Assembly: GCA_024704765.1 (NCBI GenBank)
Contig: JAKMXF010000354.1
Location: 667,690-731,689, forward strand
Length of the DNA: 64,000 nt
Source: Oopsacas minuta
Taxonomy: Eukaryota; Animalia; Porifera
Direction of reading: 5' to 3'
Made by a program: the position numbers and the translations under genes. Below the pieces are notes generated by a model. The model did no database searches. It was not told the DNA's origin and worked only from the letters and a program-made list of their open reading frames with translations. The number at the start of each line of letters is the position of its first letter. Within the stretch, counting starts at the first letter, position 1. Positions 38,362 to 50,203 of this stretch are shown piece by piece.

Positions 38362-41300
38362 TTACAGGGGGGGGTGATTAAATGTACTATTATACATAAC
38401 TTCTAATTCATATTTGCTCTTCACATCCCAAATCTTGAACAATAATTTTAATCTCCCTAAAACACCCGCTTCTTTCTTCCAAGTTGCTTTTATTTTTAAA
38501 ATTTTACCTCTCCAGAGTGGTATCTTTTCTAAAAGAAGTATCGCGGTTATTCCCACTATAAATGGTATAATTGGAAAGAAATGGAATAGTTTCGGTCCTT
38601 GAGCAACAGCTGTTAATGCAAGGAAGAGGAAACAGAAAGACTCGAAGTGGTTCGAAAGCCTGTTATTGGCTGGTTTAAACAATGAATTTATGACCATTGT
38701 TAATAAGCAAAGAATAGAGACTGTGATTTGTACACTATTCAAGTCTATGAAGTTTGTCATGAAGGATAGCATGAAAGAAATCACTAGCCTGAGGAATAAC
38801 TTGTAAATCTCCCACCACCTGAATTTATGCTTGAATTCTTGTGTAAAATTGTGATGGAATTGGAAATCTTTTTTTGAATTGAGGGTAATGAAGAGAAGAA
38901 ATAAGGGAATAGAAGATAATGCAAATAGATAGAATAGACTAATTCCGGTTGCCATAAGATGCAGACCCTGGTAGCAAATATGTTGTCCATCGTACAGCCA
39001 GTAATTCCTTTTTTTAATTTGCGGGCAGGTTAGAATCATGAATGCATGTATTGATAAGTCTGTGTAGCTAAGAAGTAGCATCGACCAGATTTGTGTAGGG
39101 ACATCACGAGTTGAAAGCCAACTTACTTTTGATAATAGAAATCTCTGTAATAGAATGAAGATACACAGAACAGCCAGAGGAACAGTCATATCGAATAATA
39201 CAACATACAAGATTTTGTTTCCCGGATAGAGACAAAATGGTAATATTTGTGTGATTAGCAGGTTGAGAGGCAGTATTGGGATTGATAGCATTATATTAAC
39301 AAAATTAGAGTTGAGTGAATTTGAGTTTACTAGGATTATGTAGAGGATGTTTGCATATATAACGATGCTTCGCCAATAGTCTGCGAATAAGTTGATTCTG
39401 AATAACATGATTATAACGCAGAACACGCTTATGAACAGGAAGAACAATACTATCATCAAACCAGGATTGCAATCTATACAGTTGGAGTAAGGATAAGATT
39501 TAATATTATTAAAGAAAGGTGATAGAAACATGGTTTTGTTTGTATCAGTACATTTTCCACATAACATCCCTGACAGACCCGTGCGACATTGTTCGTCAGG
39601 TGCAATTGGATTAAAATGACATTCTCCATTTGTGGCACCCAAGACACATTTACATCTAGGCCAGAGACAGCGGGCTCCGTATACTTCTTGGGCCAAACCT
39701 GTTATGTCATCTTCTTCACTAGCGATGTAATAACCTTGTTTGATGAATATATTGTTATTATAACATGAATACCCGTCTCCGTTACTACAGGTGCATTTAT
39801 CATGTTCTCTGGTGAATCCATATGGACAGTTACCGACAATGATTCCTATACATGTCTTTTTTTTGTAAAAATCCCCAAACGATTCGACACAAATGATTCC
39901 TAGGCCTTTCCACGAGCTTTTAATGATAATATTTGTTGAAATATTTGTCAGAAACGATCGATGCGGGTTTTCTCCTTGATAAATGATGTTTTGGGATGGC
40001 TCTTCTTTCTTCAATCCATTTGAATACACAATTCCACTGAGGATTGCTCGAGTTATCACGTTGTTTCCGAAAGAATCATTGCTTGAGATGTTTATTTGAA
40101 TTGCATTGCCTGGATAAATATAGTAGAATTTATTGATATCAGAATTATTTTTGTGGAATACCGTCACCATTTTTGATGTGACATCTGTGACCTTTGTAAG
40201 TGGATTGTAATTACCCGAACTTTTGCAGAAATGAGACAGCTTCATCATGTAATTATCGTTAGTCTTTGCTGCTTGACTAAACAGTGTCTGTTTACATTCG
40301 ATAAAACTTGTAATGTTCATTTCGATAAGGAAAGATTCTTCCCTAGTATCTTTGCTGCAGGTTTTATTGTCGAAATATAACTGTCCTTCAATGAATTTAC
40401 TATCAAAACATTGGCCCAGTAATTGTGTGTATATCATGTTTCCTGCGCAAACCTTGTTATCATCACTAGCCTTATTCTCGAGTATCTTAATTATTGCATG
40501 CTTTGAACCGCTAAGGAAACAATGAGCTTTGATGTTCTCTATGTTGGAGTCCCAATCGAGGAAAGTATTTTCATAGTACAGACTATAGACATAGATTCCT
40601 CCACCATAGATATTAGCATTATTTCCCATTATTTCCAATGTACTGTTTTCCTTCTTATCCATCCATATATCACTTTCGCTTGACATATAGACACCAGCCC
40701 CATCCACACCTACACTATTATTCCTTATTCGTAGAGTTCCTTCGACGCTCAATTCACTGTATATCAGTGCTATTCCTCCTCCATTTCCATTCTTACAATT
40801 ATTCCCAGTGACATTAACCGTACCATATATTATCAAACTAACTCTATGAGCAAGTATAGCTCCTCCTACATAACCATAGTTATTAATAAACTGACTATTC
40901 TTCAATATTATCCTAACCTCTTGTGGCAGTCTAGTTGATGTTAGCATCAATGCACCTCCTGATTCACCCTTGTTATGATTAAATGTACAATTTTCAATTC
41001 TACTCCAACCATCTGATTCCCTGTAGATATAAACCGCACCACCATTAGGCCCGTGATTATTCGTGAAGTTGCAATCGATTATAGTCAGATCTGTTTCTCC
41101 CCCTTTCAGAAATAATGCAACCGCTCCTCCAGCCGGCATTTCTTTATACAATTTTTCGACTCTTGATTTATTTAATTTCCCTTTTTTGAAATTTCCCTTA
41201 CTGATCTTTATCCTCGAATATTGATGCTCTTCACCAATACTAACACATATGGAACTTCCTTGGGCAGCATGATTGCTTGTAAAATTATTATCCTCTATTT

Positions 41301-41976
41301 CAATTAACGATGTATTTTTCAAATAGCAAACTGATACTGCACTACCGCAATTCACTGAGGAATTAACTCCTGGAACTTGATCATTGAAATAGTTCACTAC
41401 CCAATACTTTCCTTCAAATACGTTTCTTCTAACTTCTACTTTATAATTTTGATATTCTATATGATCCGAAAATACCAAAATACCTTTGGAAGATCCATTA
41501 TCCCTACTGACGAACTCACTATTCATTATACTGACATTCTGTGTATTCACACATAGCAAATTAATGCCACTCACGTTTTGGAACTTGCATTTAGAAACAT
41601 TTACAGCCTGACACAAGTGGAAGGTAATGAATCCTAGGTTGTTTTGTGGTTGATTTTGTATACTTAGATTTCTATTGCAGTTATTGAAATTAATACCTTC
41701 AATGGTGACCTTAGAAATGTTTGAAAATTTTAAGGATAATCCATCTTGTCCTGTAGAACTCTCATTGCATTTCACTGACTGCCAATTTCCTTTCAGAGTG
41801 AATTCTCTGATGTTTTCAATTACAAGTGAACCATCAAGATAGTAGTCATAATTCTTAAGAACAATGTTTGGCTTACCTTGCTGTAGATGTTGATGGATTA
41901 TTTTTGTCAGATTTAATTGTTCTCCTTGACCGAATATAAGATAATTCAGTAAGATGTATATTATTAATGATTTCAT
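38362..41976 (-). CDS. Pmp-like parallel beta-helix repeat ectodomain + Cys-rich stalk + multi-pass membrane region (1204 aa)
   Basis: Signal peptide; repeated FxxN...GGA[IVL] motifs (FTNNHGPNGGAVYI, FNHNKGESGGALML, FINNYGYVGGAILA); CPYGF..C.C and GLSGMLCGKC; about 7-9 hydrophobic segments at the C-terminus; intronless. Confidence 0.75.
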   Translation of the reverse strand: MKSLIIYILLNYLIFGQGEQLNLTKIIHQHLQQGKPNIVLKNYDYYLDGSLVIENIREFTLKGNWQSVKCNESSTGQDGLSLKFSNISKVTIEGINFNNCNRNLSIQNQPQNNLGFITFHLCQAVNVSKCKFQNVSGINLLCVNTQNVSIMNSEFVSRDNGSSKGILVFSDHIEYQNYKVEVRRNVFEGKYWVVNYFNDQVPGVNSSVNCGSAVSVCYLKNTSLIEIEDNNFTSNHAAQGSSICVSIGEEHQYSRIKISKGNFKKGKLNKSRVEKLYKEMPAGGAVALFLKGGETDLTIIDCNFTNNHGPNGGAVYIYRESDGWSRIENCTFNHNKGESGGALMLTSTRLPQEVRIILKNSQFINNYGYVGGAILAHRVSLIIYGTVNVTGNNCKNGNGGGIALIYSELSVEGTLRIRNNSVGVDGAGVYMSSESDIWMDKKENSTLEIMGNNANIYGGGIYVYSLYYENTFLDWDSNIENIKAHCFLSGSKHAIIKILENKASDDNKVCAGNMIYTQLLGQCFDSKFIEGQLYFDNKTCSKDTREESFLIEMNITSFIECKQTLFSQAAKTNDNYMMKLSHFCKSSGNYNPLTKVTDVTSKMVTVFHKNNSDINKFYYIYPGNAIQINISSNDSFGNNVITRAILSGIVYSNGLKKEEPSQNIIYQGENPHRSFLTNISTNIIIKSSWKGLGIICVESFGDFYKKKTCIGIIVGNCPYGFTREHDKCTCSNGDGYSCYNNNIFIKQGYYIASEEDDITGLAQEVYGARCLWPRCKCVLGATNGECHFNPIAPDEQCRTGLSGMLCGKCTDTNKTMFLSPFFNNIKSYPYSNCIDCNPGLMIVLFFLFISVFCVIIMLFRINLFADYWRSIVIYANILYIILVNSNSLNSNFVNIMLSIPILPLNLLITQILPFCLYPGNKILYVVLFDMTVPLAVLCIFILLQRFLLSKVSWLSTRDVPTQIWSMLLLSYTDLSIHAFMILTCPQIKKRNYWLYDGQHICYQGLHLMATGISLFYLFALSSIPLFLLFITLNSKKDFQFHHNFTQEFKHKFRWWEIYKLFLRLVISFMLSFMTNFIDLNSVQITVSILCLLTMVINSLFKPANNRLSNHFESFCFLFLALTAVAQGPKLFHFFPIIPFIVGITAILLLEKIPLWRGKILKIKATWKKEAGVLGRLKLLFKIWDVKSKYELEVMYNSTFNHPPL

Positions 41977-42825
41977 ATATTTCTTCCAATACTATTAATT
42001 AATTTTACTGAGACTATTTCCTTTTTATGCTTTTCCAATCATTAGATTTGCAACAAAAGGGAGCAATACATATATTATCTCCCTAATAAATACACGTCCA
42101 TGATTATGCAATATTGATTACACTTACAAAGATCCTTAGCTTACAATAATTGGAAAGATTGAGTCATAATACATGTGGGTATTGTAACAGAATGTATTTA
42201 CTTTTGTTATTATATTTCTTATTAATACGCAATGAATAAATTCCATCGAAAACAGTAATAGTAAATGCAATCAGTATTTCATATTACCAAACCATAAACC
42301 AATATACATAAATACATATAATGTTGAGCAACTAAATGATTTATATTTTCCCTGCGGATGCAGTTTCTCAGTATTTTATAGTAAACACTATTCTTAAATT
42401 CTGAGATTAATAATTTGAGCTATGGTAGTGATTCAGCTCAAGTTCAGTTCAATTCTGGAACTTCTTTAATCTGAATTATAATTATCCCTAACTTATAATG
42501 ATGAGTCAATAAATCCTATTTTTAGCAAATTGCTATGATAATACTTAGTATTTCATTATCACGGTTTAAACCGTAATTCCTGCTTGTTATCAGTATTTCA
42601 AGAACTAAGCCTTATTTTCTGCCACTCTAATATTCAAGGCCATAACTGATATGAAATATGACTTCATATTGTGAGATGTATTATGAATCCATATTATATC
42701 TGACGTCTATAATTTGACTCAAATAAATAGAGACATTGCTCTGATAGAGCCCATCACACAACCAAATATCTCCAATAATTAAATTACGCAATTTCAAACA
42801 GATTTCCTTCACTCCTGTATCAAAG

Positions 42826-45800
42826 ATGGACGATGAGCTCAGTGATAAAAGTTTATTTTTTACTGTAAGCTCTACTGCACCGAAATTTTCCAAAGTAGCC
42901 AGTGTAGATGATGACGAGTCAGATCAGCCTGCATCATATGATCTCCACCAGGTGGATGACAATACTAATCCTCCATGTTATCAAAACATAGAACCTGAAA
43001 AACAGGCTAAAACTCCCTCACAAATATCCAAAGGTGCGTTTGAAACCAAAAGCTTGAATCCCTCTCAGTTGTTGAGGGCTCGCTCCAACCCGTTGACCAA
43101 AAAATTGGCTAAGGAAAATAAGACATTTGATATTGCAGACGCTCAAGAGTTTTCATGTTCGCCATTCGCTAAAAAGCGAATGTTTATCCAACGACAGGAA
43201 TCAATTTCTGATAGCAAACTTGATCAGGAATTTGCTCGTGAGCTCCGTATAACAGAAGATGAAGTTATAGCCGCATTCAGTCATCAAGAAGCTATACGAC
43301 GTGCTGATTCAGAAGTTAGTAACTGTCAGAAGATTTTACTACAGAGACAGATAGGTAGAACTGCTTCTCCACAAAATTTAGTCAGACCAACTAGGCTTCA
43401 TACAAGAATGCAGTCAGCTGATAGCAAGAACACCACACCCATTTTCACTAGTGCTAACCTACCACCTGATTCTACGGAATTTTCTCATCTATTCACAGTC
43501 CCTGATATTTATCCAAACGAGAACCTCCCTCTATTGGACACTACTTCAGACCCTTTAATCGACATAACATTCAAAGGACAGATACACTTCCCAACCAGAC
43601 ATGGACACAAGGATGCTTCTTATATCACACTACCTTCTGGAAGGGTCCCGGATAACATCATGGATACCCTGATTGATAAATGGGATCTCCCCCTTCCTAC
43701 CATAATCCTCTCCTTCCCAGGAAATGCTCAACTCAGCAACAACTCAAGATTCAGGCAAGTCCTGAAAGATAATATTATACGTATAGCAGCTACCACGAAG
43801 GTATGGTTCCTGACTGATGGAGTTAACAGGAGTATATCTGCTTTCCTGGGAAGTTGTCTAGAGAGCCACGCCTACAAACGGTGTGCTAAGAGAGAACAAA
43901 ATCAACGGGGCTGGTTAATCGGAAGTAATTACACTGAGTATGACAACCCTGTGCCCATGATAGGCCTAGTGTGTCCTGAAAAGGTATATAAAGGCAATAT
44001 TCTATTAGAAACAAATGCTGTAAGTACAAGTATTACGTATAGCAGAGAGTCTCAGAGTGTTCTCCCTGATAAAGATCTTCTCGACGTGAATCACTCTCAC
44101 TTCATTTTGTTAAGGAATTCTAAGTCTAAGAGCTCTGTAGCAGAACAATGGTCTGTTATTGAGGATAATATATCAAATTATCTGAAGCAAGGGAGTGAAG
44201 CATTGCCAGTAGTACGTATATTTATTGACGATACTCTACAAATTATTGATAAAGTCTGTCAGGCTGTAAAGAAAAACGTCGTGACGGTAGTAATCAGTAA
44301 CAACGATTTGATGCAAACTATACATGACTTCATATTCAGGCTAGCTGCACGGGACCAAAAGATTGGAGCCAAAGAGCATGGGAAATTCCTAGACTCTTGT
44401 AGGCACTACTTGGGGAATGAGTCAAATTCTAGAATTAACGAAGTGATTGCTAAGATATCTGTAATTCTAGAAAATTTCTATCTTGTAACAATGTTTGATA
44501 TGAACCTTACGTATGGAGCAGATTTAAGTAAGGCTATCGTAGTCGCACTTTTGAAATCTAAGAAGAGCACTGGTAAAGATAAAATGAAAGAAGCACTCGG
44601 ACTAGTTATTGACTGGAATAGAGTCGATTTAGCTGAACAAGATATATTCACAGAGAGCTTGATTTGGGGAGATACTGATCTCTTTCAGCATTTCTTTAAA
44701 ATATTACATATCAATCAAGTCGAGTTTCTTGATTTAATGCTTGAGAGGAATGTCATTGATGTAGAGACGTTTGTAGAACATCATCTAGAGAGGTTATACT
44801 TCGATGCAGTTGCTCTAAACAATAATAGTCCTCTATTTACTAAACTGCTAGAACTCTCACAAATAAAAGCACATACAAAACAACACACAACTACCAGAAC
44901 GATACTTAAGAAGAAGAAGAGTAGTCAACATAAAGAGAATATCCGATTGACTCAATTACAAGGTGATAAGGAAAAAATACCTATTAACCAAATTGGGAAA
45001 CTAATAAGATACATTATAAACCGTTCTTTCAAAAGTATTTACGAGGAATATTCTCAGAGTGAAATAGAGCGGAAAGTTATAAAAGATTACCCAATTGATA
45101 ATCTGTTTGTATGGGCTATTCTTACACATCGCTGGAAGATGGCAGAAATACTCCTAAGCTATAGTAAGTCTGTAGTTTTCAATGCTATCGCTGCTAAAGC
45201 ATTGATCTCAGGCATGTATAATCGGTTGAAAGATGTTCAGGTTGTTTCAGAGAGTGATTTAGAAATCCTACAGGGTGTAGCTAAGAAATTTGAATTGACT
45301 GCAGTAGGTATCATGGAAGAAGCGTATAAGAGAGATTACAAGCGTTCACATCTTATGCTACAACAGAAAAACAAACTTTTTGACGATAATAACTGTATTG
45401 AGATGGCAGTTAGTGGACACTGTATGACTTTTCTATCACATCCATGTGTCCAAACGTTGCTAGATTTACAATGGAAGAAACCGCTATATAGACACAACCC
45501 AGTGTGGAAAAAACTACTCGCAATTTTCTTTCCATTCCTGATATTTATACTTATCGAATTCAATGAACCTCATCCAAATTCCATTATAGGCTATCTCAGA
45601 TTCTACGATTCTCCTTCTATAAAATTCATCACACATGTCCTCTCATTTCTCTTGTATCTGCTCTTGTATTGTTATGTAGTCCTGTTCCAATGGTATCCCT
45701 TTCCTAATCTCGATCCCAGTGAGTGGATATTTATACTCTGGTCAATCACTATAGTGGCAGAAGAAGCTCGTCAGTTGTTCGGAGGCAGTGGTAGACTGGA

Positions 45801-46797
45801 GAAGAGATGGTTAGGATATTTCAGAGATCGCTGGAATCAATTTGACACTGTTTTCGTAGTATGTTTCATACTGGGCACAGTTCTACGTCTCATCCCGCAG
45901 GTTCCTCTACTATACAGCAAACATATGTACGCGCTTTTTGGGTTTATTCTATTCTTTCGTATTCTCCAATTCCTTATCATCCTCAGAGACTCAGGACCGT
46001 TTGTATACATGGTATTCCGTATGCTTAAGAACCTGACTCACTTCGTTATCATAGCACTGGTCTTTCTGTTAGCTTACGGTGTTCCCTCTCAAGCTATTCT
46101 ATATCCAGATATTCCACGTAATTCTAATAATTCATACGCTTTTGTTATCGGTAATATATTCTTCAGGCCTTACTTCCAAGCTTTTGGAGAGTTCTTCTTA
46201 CAACATTCGAATTCTAACACTGGGGGTAGTTTCAGAGATAGTAATCCTGAATTATATTTATCTTCAAAAGTATTCGTGTTTATATTTCTTCTCGTATGGA
46301 TAATTCTGTCTAATATCCTTCTCGTTAACATCATTATTGCAAAATTCAATAACACATTTGTTGAGATAGAATCTAATGCTGCACTCTACTGGAAATATAA
46401 GTTCTTTAATTCTGTGAGTGAGTTTCGTGGTAAGCCAGTATTGCCTCCACCCTTTAACGTTATAGTCATTGGATACAGGTGTATCAGAAGAATTATTCTA
46501 TGGTTCAATCGGTGTGCTATAAATAGGAGTGAGGGAGAATGTGATTTTGAGTGTCAAGAGAGGAAGCTGTTATTTGAATATGAAAAGAGATGTGTTCTGG
46601 CGTTTAAGTTCAATATAGAATTGACTCAAGAAAGAAACATAGAAGATAGAATATCTAACTTAGATGATCGCTTGATGAATACACAACAGATGATCCTATC
46701 AGTCAAAGGTAAAATTGATAACTTACAGTTCAATGGTGATATATTGTTGGACTCGGAAAGAGATCTACCCACTTTACACAGAGATAGTAACAACTAA
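42826..46797 (+). CDS. TRPM-family cation channel
   Basis: MHR/SLOG region (WDLPLPTIILSFPG, WFLTDG, LDVNHSHFIL), WNRVDLAEQDIF, LFVWAIL, FLSHPCVQTLLDLQW, six TM segments, pore FQAFGE, LLVNIIIAKFNNTF + TRP-box WKYKFF, C-terminal coiled coil; intronless. Confidence 0.93.
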   Translation: MDDELSDKSLFFTVSSTAPKFSKVASVDDDESDQPASYDLHQVDDNTNPPCYQNIEPEKQAKTPSQISKGAFETKSLNPSQLLRARSNPLTKKLAKENKTFDIADAQEFSCSPFAKKRMFIQRQESISDSKLDQEFARELRITEDEVIAAFSHQEAIRRADSEVSNCQKILLQRQIGRTASPQNLVRPTRLHTRMQSADSKNTTPIFTSANLPPDSTEFSHLFTVPDIYPNENLPLLDTTSDPLIDITFKGQIHFPTRHGHKDASYITLPSGRVPDNIMDTLIDKWDLPLPTIILSFPGNAQLSNNSRFRQVLKDNIIRIAATTKVWFLTDGVNRSISAFLGSCLESHAYKRCAKREQNQRGWLIGSNYTEYDNPVPMIGLVCPEKVYKGNILLETNAVSTSITYSRESQSVLPDKDLLDVNHSHFILLRNSKSKSSVAEQWSVIEDNISNYLKQGSEALPVVRIFIDDTLQIIDKVCQAVKKNVVTVVISNNDLMQTIHDFIFRLAARDQKIGAKEHGKFLDSCRHYLGNESNSRINEVIAKISVILENFYLVTMFDMNLTYGADLSKAIVVALLKSKKSTGKDKMKEALGLVIDWNRVDLAEQDIFTESLIWGDTDLFQHFFKILHINQVEFLDLMLERNVIDVETFVEHHLERLYFDAVALNNNSPLFTKLLELSQIKAHTKQHTTTRTILKKKKSSQHKENIRLTQLQGDKEKIPINQIGKLIRYIINRSFKSIYEEYSQSEIERKVIKDYPIDNLFVWAILTHRWKMAEILLSYSKSVVFNAIAAKALISGMYNRLKDVQVVSESDLEILQGVAKKFELTAVGIMEEAYKRDYKRSHLMLQQKNKLFDDNNCIEMAVSGHCMTFLSHPCVQTLLDLQWKKPLYRHNPVWKKLLAIFFPFLIFILIEFNEPHPNSIIGYLRFYDSPSIKFITHVLSFLLYLLLYCYVVLFQWYPFPNLDPSEWIFILWSITIVAEEARQLFGGSGRLEKRWLGYFRDRWNQFDTVFVVCFILGTVLRLIPQVPLLYSKHMYALFGFILFFRILQFLIILRDSGPFVYMVFRMLKNLTHFVIIALVFLLAYGVPSQAILYPDIPRNSNNSYAFVIGNIFFRPYFQAFGEFFLQHSNSNTGGSFRDSNPELYLSSKVFVFIFLLVWIILSNILLVNIIIAKFNNTFVEIESNAALYWKYKFFNSVSEFRGKPVLPPPFNVIVIGYRCIRRIILWFNRCAINRSEGECDFECQERKLLFEYEKRCVLAFKFNIELTQERNIEDRISNLDDRLMNTQQMILSVKGKIDNLQFNGDILLDSERDLPTLHRDSNN

Positions 46798-47028
46798 TTG
46801 GTAGATATATTAATCTTCCCACTTCTACCCTGTTTTAACTTTGTAAAATTGTATAATACTTTCCCCAGCATGTCCTATTGAGATAATTCTGTGGTATCCT
46901 TTTGATTTGATAATTTTCTTTTTTGTATATTAAACATTTTCTCAGCATACAAGTATATATCTGGTTTTGAGATCTACAATTCTATATTTTTAGCTTAGTT
47001 CGAATCAACTACAATTCAACATTTTGAG

Positions 47029-48939
47029 ATGGACATTAGTGAAGAGAAATCTTTAAACAAAGACATGTCACCTCTCGTTTACGATACATTAACGTGTGTA
47101 CATTGTAAGAAATTCAAGAGAACTTCTAAATTTCTAAAATGCAATCATGTTATATGTCCTAAATGTCTCAGTGTCCTTAGTGCTAACGGATGTATAGAGT
47201 GTACTATATGCGGCTTATTGACTCCAATTCCTAATGGGGAAGTTGACCTGGAAGATAACTTCATGGCACTGCACTGTATCAACAAGAAAGATGTATTAGC
47301 TAGCATTGGTAGTGTGCTATGTAACTCTTGTTGCCTAGGTAAGAGTACTCCATCTGAGCTGTTCTGTGTACAGTGTAATCGTTACATGTGTAAGATAGAT
47401 TGGAATGCTCATAAGAACTTTGTGCCAGGAGCATCTTATCATGTGTCTATTAATAAGGATATTACATCTGATTCAGACACCGAGCAATTCCTGATACAAA
47501 CCAGTGTTTCTCAGCACTGTAGAGATCATCCTAATTATAACACAGAGCTGTATTGTACTAACTGTAGGATTCTAACGTGTGCAAACTGTTTGGTTGTAAA
47601 TCATAAAGATCATATTGTGGTAGGAATGAATGTAGCTCTTGAGAGTGAGCTAGCTGACTTCTCTAAGTGTAAAGAGAGTCTTGAAGAAAAGATTGATACT
47701 TGTAAACAGATACTACAGCAGTCTGAACAGAAGAAAGGATCTCTGGAGGAGAAGAGAGATTTTGAGAAAGGACGAATTGACAAGGAGTATGAAGAAAAGT
47801 TAGCACTTATTGTCAAAACAAGAGACGATGAGTTACTACAGCTGAGGACTGAATATGATGACGTCATTAACACATTATTTATCCAGACACAACAGCTGGA
47901 GTCTTCTCTAAACCAGCTTTATCAAGCTATCCGTCTAACGCAGACATGCAGCGCTCTTGCTCAATGTAAAGAAGATCAGCTGACTCTTATACCTAAGATT
48001 ACAGACAGACTCGTCTCGTTATCAGAAACTATACCCAAGCAAAAGCCTATTCAGTCTGAACTACATTTGGGCACATCTCCTAGCTTGCATTCCCCAAATG
48101 TAGTAAAACTCAAATATTCATTGGAAACAATTGAGCCTACTCACAAGATTGGAGATAATATTAATCTTAACAAGACAAGAGCTATAGTCAGCGGAGATAA
48201 TGATGAAATATTCGTGGTTGATAAAGGAAACTCTCTAATACATTCTTTCTCTCCAGAAGGGAAACAGTTAAGGGCATTTGGGAGCTATGGCCGTGGTCCA
48301 GGACAGTTTAAGAGCCCTTGGGGACTCTGTCTAGACGGGAAGAGACTATTCGTATCTGACACTAGTATAGGTATTGTCATGTCTTTCACGATAGAAGGGA
48401 CATATCGAAGTAAATTCGGGGCTTGGGGACAAGCTGCCGGAGAATTTCGATCTCCTAAGGGTATTTGTACTGATTCTATTGGCTGTCTCTGGGTAGCAGA
48501 TTGTGATAACAATCGTATACAGAGATTTGATCAGGAAGGAAAACATTTGGATATTTTCCCTCATAACAAAAGTTTTGTTATGACAAAGCCAGTTGACGTC
48601 AAAACTGCCTTATATGATAATACACTATGGGTATTGACTGGATGTAGTCCTGCTGTCCTACATATTAGCAGTGAAGGAGAAGTACTTGATCAGATTGCTA
48701 CTTTAGGGAAAGGAAGAGAATTGAGTCACCCAGTGTCTATATGTTACGATAACGCTTCCCGTTGTGTATTGGTAACAGATACATCTAGCTCCTGTGTAAT
48801 GGTATTCAGTGAGACAGGTGTTGTAGAGGGGAGACTAACCTTTCAAGATGTTAAATCTTATGCTCTGCACGGGGTTACTGTAGATAGGGCAGGACGTGTA
48901 CTCTGTACTGCCAAATGTATACAAGTATTTGTGATATAA
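47029..48939 (+). CDS. TRIM-NHL E3 ligase (RING, two B-boxes, coiled coil, NHL repeats)
   Basis: RING CVHC...CNHVICPKC...CTIC; B-boxes CNSC...LFCVQC and CRDH...LYCTNCRILTCANC..NHKDH; NHL GPGQFKSPWG, AGEFRSPKG, VADCDNNRIQRF. Confidence 0.9.
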   Translation: MDISEEKSLNKDMSPLVYDTLTCVHCKKFKRTSKFLKCNHVICPKCLSVLSANGCIECTICGLLTPIPNGEVDLEDNFMALHCINKKDVLASIGSVLCNSCCLGKSTPSELFCVQCNRYMCKIDWNAHKNFVPGASYHVSINKDITSDSDTEQFLIQTSVSQHCRDHPNYNTELYCTNCRILTCANCLVVNHKDHIVVGMNVALESELADFSKCKESLEEKIDTCKQILQQSEQKKGSLEEKRDFEKGRIDKEYEEKLALIVKTRDDELLQLRTEYDDVINTLFIQTQQLESSLNQLYQAIRLTQTCSALAQCKEDQLTLIPKITDRLVSLSETIPKQKPIQSELHLGTSPSLHSPNVVKLKYSLETIEPTHKIGDNINLNKTRAIVSGDNDEIFVVDKGNSLIHSFSPEGKQLRAFGSYGRGPGQFKSPWGLCLDGKRLFVSDTSIGIVMSFTIEGTYRSKFGAWGQAAGEFRSPKGICTDSIGCLWVADCDNNRIQRFDQEGKHLDIFPHNKSFVMTKPVDVKTALYDNTLWVLTGCSPAVLHISSEGEVLDQIATLGKGRELSHPVSICYDNASRCVLVTDTSSSCVMVFSETGVVEGRLTFQDVKSYALHGVTVDRAGRVLCTAKCIQVFVI

Positions 48940-49084
48940 CTGATTTAGCTATGAAATTAATTGAGTCAATTATGTAATCTATTCTATGATATTCTATAAA
49001 TATTATTGTAGGATATGCCACTGTTGAATACTTTTTTGTGATATATTCTATCTCACACAATTATTAGCTACTGCAGTAAGACAG

Positions 49085-49480
49085 ATGGATGATGATGATC
49101 TTAACTATGGGGATATGGGAGGTCTAGGAGATGGAGGGGACTCTGATGATGACATTGATGATATTGATGACGCTGAGGTAGATCTAGGAGATGATAACAT
49201 TGATATGTTACAATCTTCATCAGGACCTAGCGACCCCTCTAAGCGTATCACAACACCTTTCATGACTAAGTACGAGCGAGCGCGCGTTCTAGGAACACGA
49301 GCTCTGCAAATCAGTATGGGAGCTCCTGTGATGGTGGATCTAGACGGAGAGACTGATCCACTGAAAATTGCTACAATGGAATTGAATGAGAAGAAAATAC
49401 CCATGTTAATACGAAGATATTTGCCTGATGGTAGTCACGAAGATTGGAAGATAGATGAATTGATGAATCCTTCTAGTTGA
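49085..49480 (+). CDS. POLR2F: RNA polymerase I/II/III shared subunit RPABC2 (RPB6)
   Basis: [31 protein letters not shown]...[13 protein letters not shown]; acidic N-terminus. Confidence 0.97.
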   Translation: MDDDDLNYGDMGGLGDGGDSDDDIDDIDDAEVDLGDDNIDMLQSSSGPSDPSKRITTPFMTKYERARVLGTRALQISMGAPVMVDLDGETDPLKIATMELNEKKIPMLIRRYLPDGSHEDWKIDELMNPSS

Positions 49481-49654
49481 TGATAGTATCTATGGTATTA
49501 ATTATTCATATGAGTTGATATAATTTGATTACATTTGATTACATCCAAACCTGAAGTTGATTACAATTGTAATCGTGACTGAATACTTTTATAATCCAAA
49601 TAGATATTATGTTAATAACTTGCATGTCTAGATAATCATTAGCTATAAATAAAG

Positions 49655-50203
49655 ATGCTTGTACTTATAATTGGAGATCTGCACATACCATACCGTGAAG
49701 CTGGTATTGCAATGAAATTCAAATCTCTCCTAATGCCGGGTAAGATACAGCACGTGTTATGTACAGGTAATCTATGTAGCAGAGAGACATTCGATTATCT
49801 CAAATCACTAGCTACAGATGTTCATGTAGTGAAGGGAGATTTTGATGATAACATTAGTTACCCAGAACAGAAGGTGGTCAGTGTAGGGAACTTCCGTATC
49901 GGTCTCCTGCATGGACATCAATTGGTCCCATGGGGAGATCATGAGAGCTTAAGCTTGGTACAGAGACAGCTTGATGTTGATATCCTGGTGTCTGGACACA
50001 CCCACAAACTGGAAGCGTTTGAGAATGAAGGAAAGTTCTACTTGAACCCAGGGTCTGCTACAGGAGCATACTCTCCGTTAGATAGTGCAGTTATTCCATC
50101 TTTCGTAGTGATGGATATACAGCAGAATCTAGCTACGGCTTACACCTATAGGTTAGTCAATGATGACGTTAAGGTTGAGAAGGTAGAGTACAGACGTGCT
50201 TGA
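49655..50203 (+). CDS. VPS29: Retromer subunit VPS29
   Basis: [49 protein letters not shown]. Confidence 0.97.
   Translation: MLVLIIGDLHIPYREAGIAMKFKSLLMPGKIQHVLCTGNLCSRETFDYLKSLATDVHVVKGDFDDNISYPEQKVVSVGNFRIGLLHGHQLVPWGDHESLSLVQRQLDVDILVSGHTHKLEAFENEGKFYLNPGSATGAYSPLDSAVIPSFVVMDIQQNLATAYTYRLVNDDVKVEKVEYRRA

Noticed and set aside
38362-41976. Recent bacterial horizontal transfer of a Pmp adhesin
   Set aside because: No autotransporter beta-barrel. It has a eukaryotic signal peptide, Cys-rich stalk and helical TM region, and composition similar to the neighbours.
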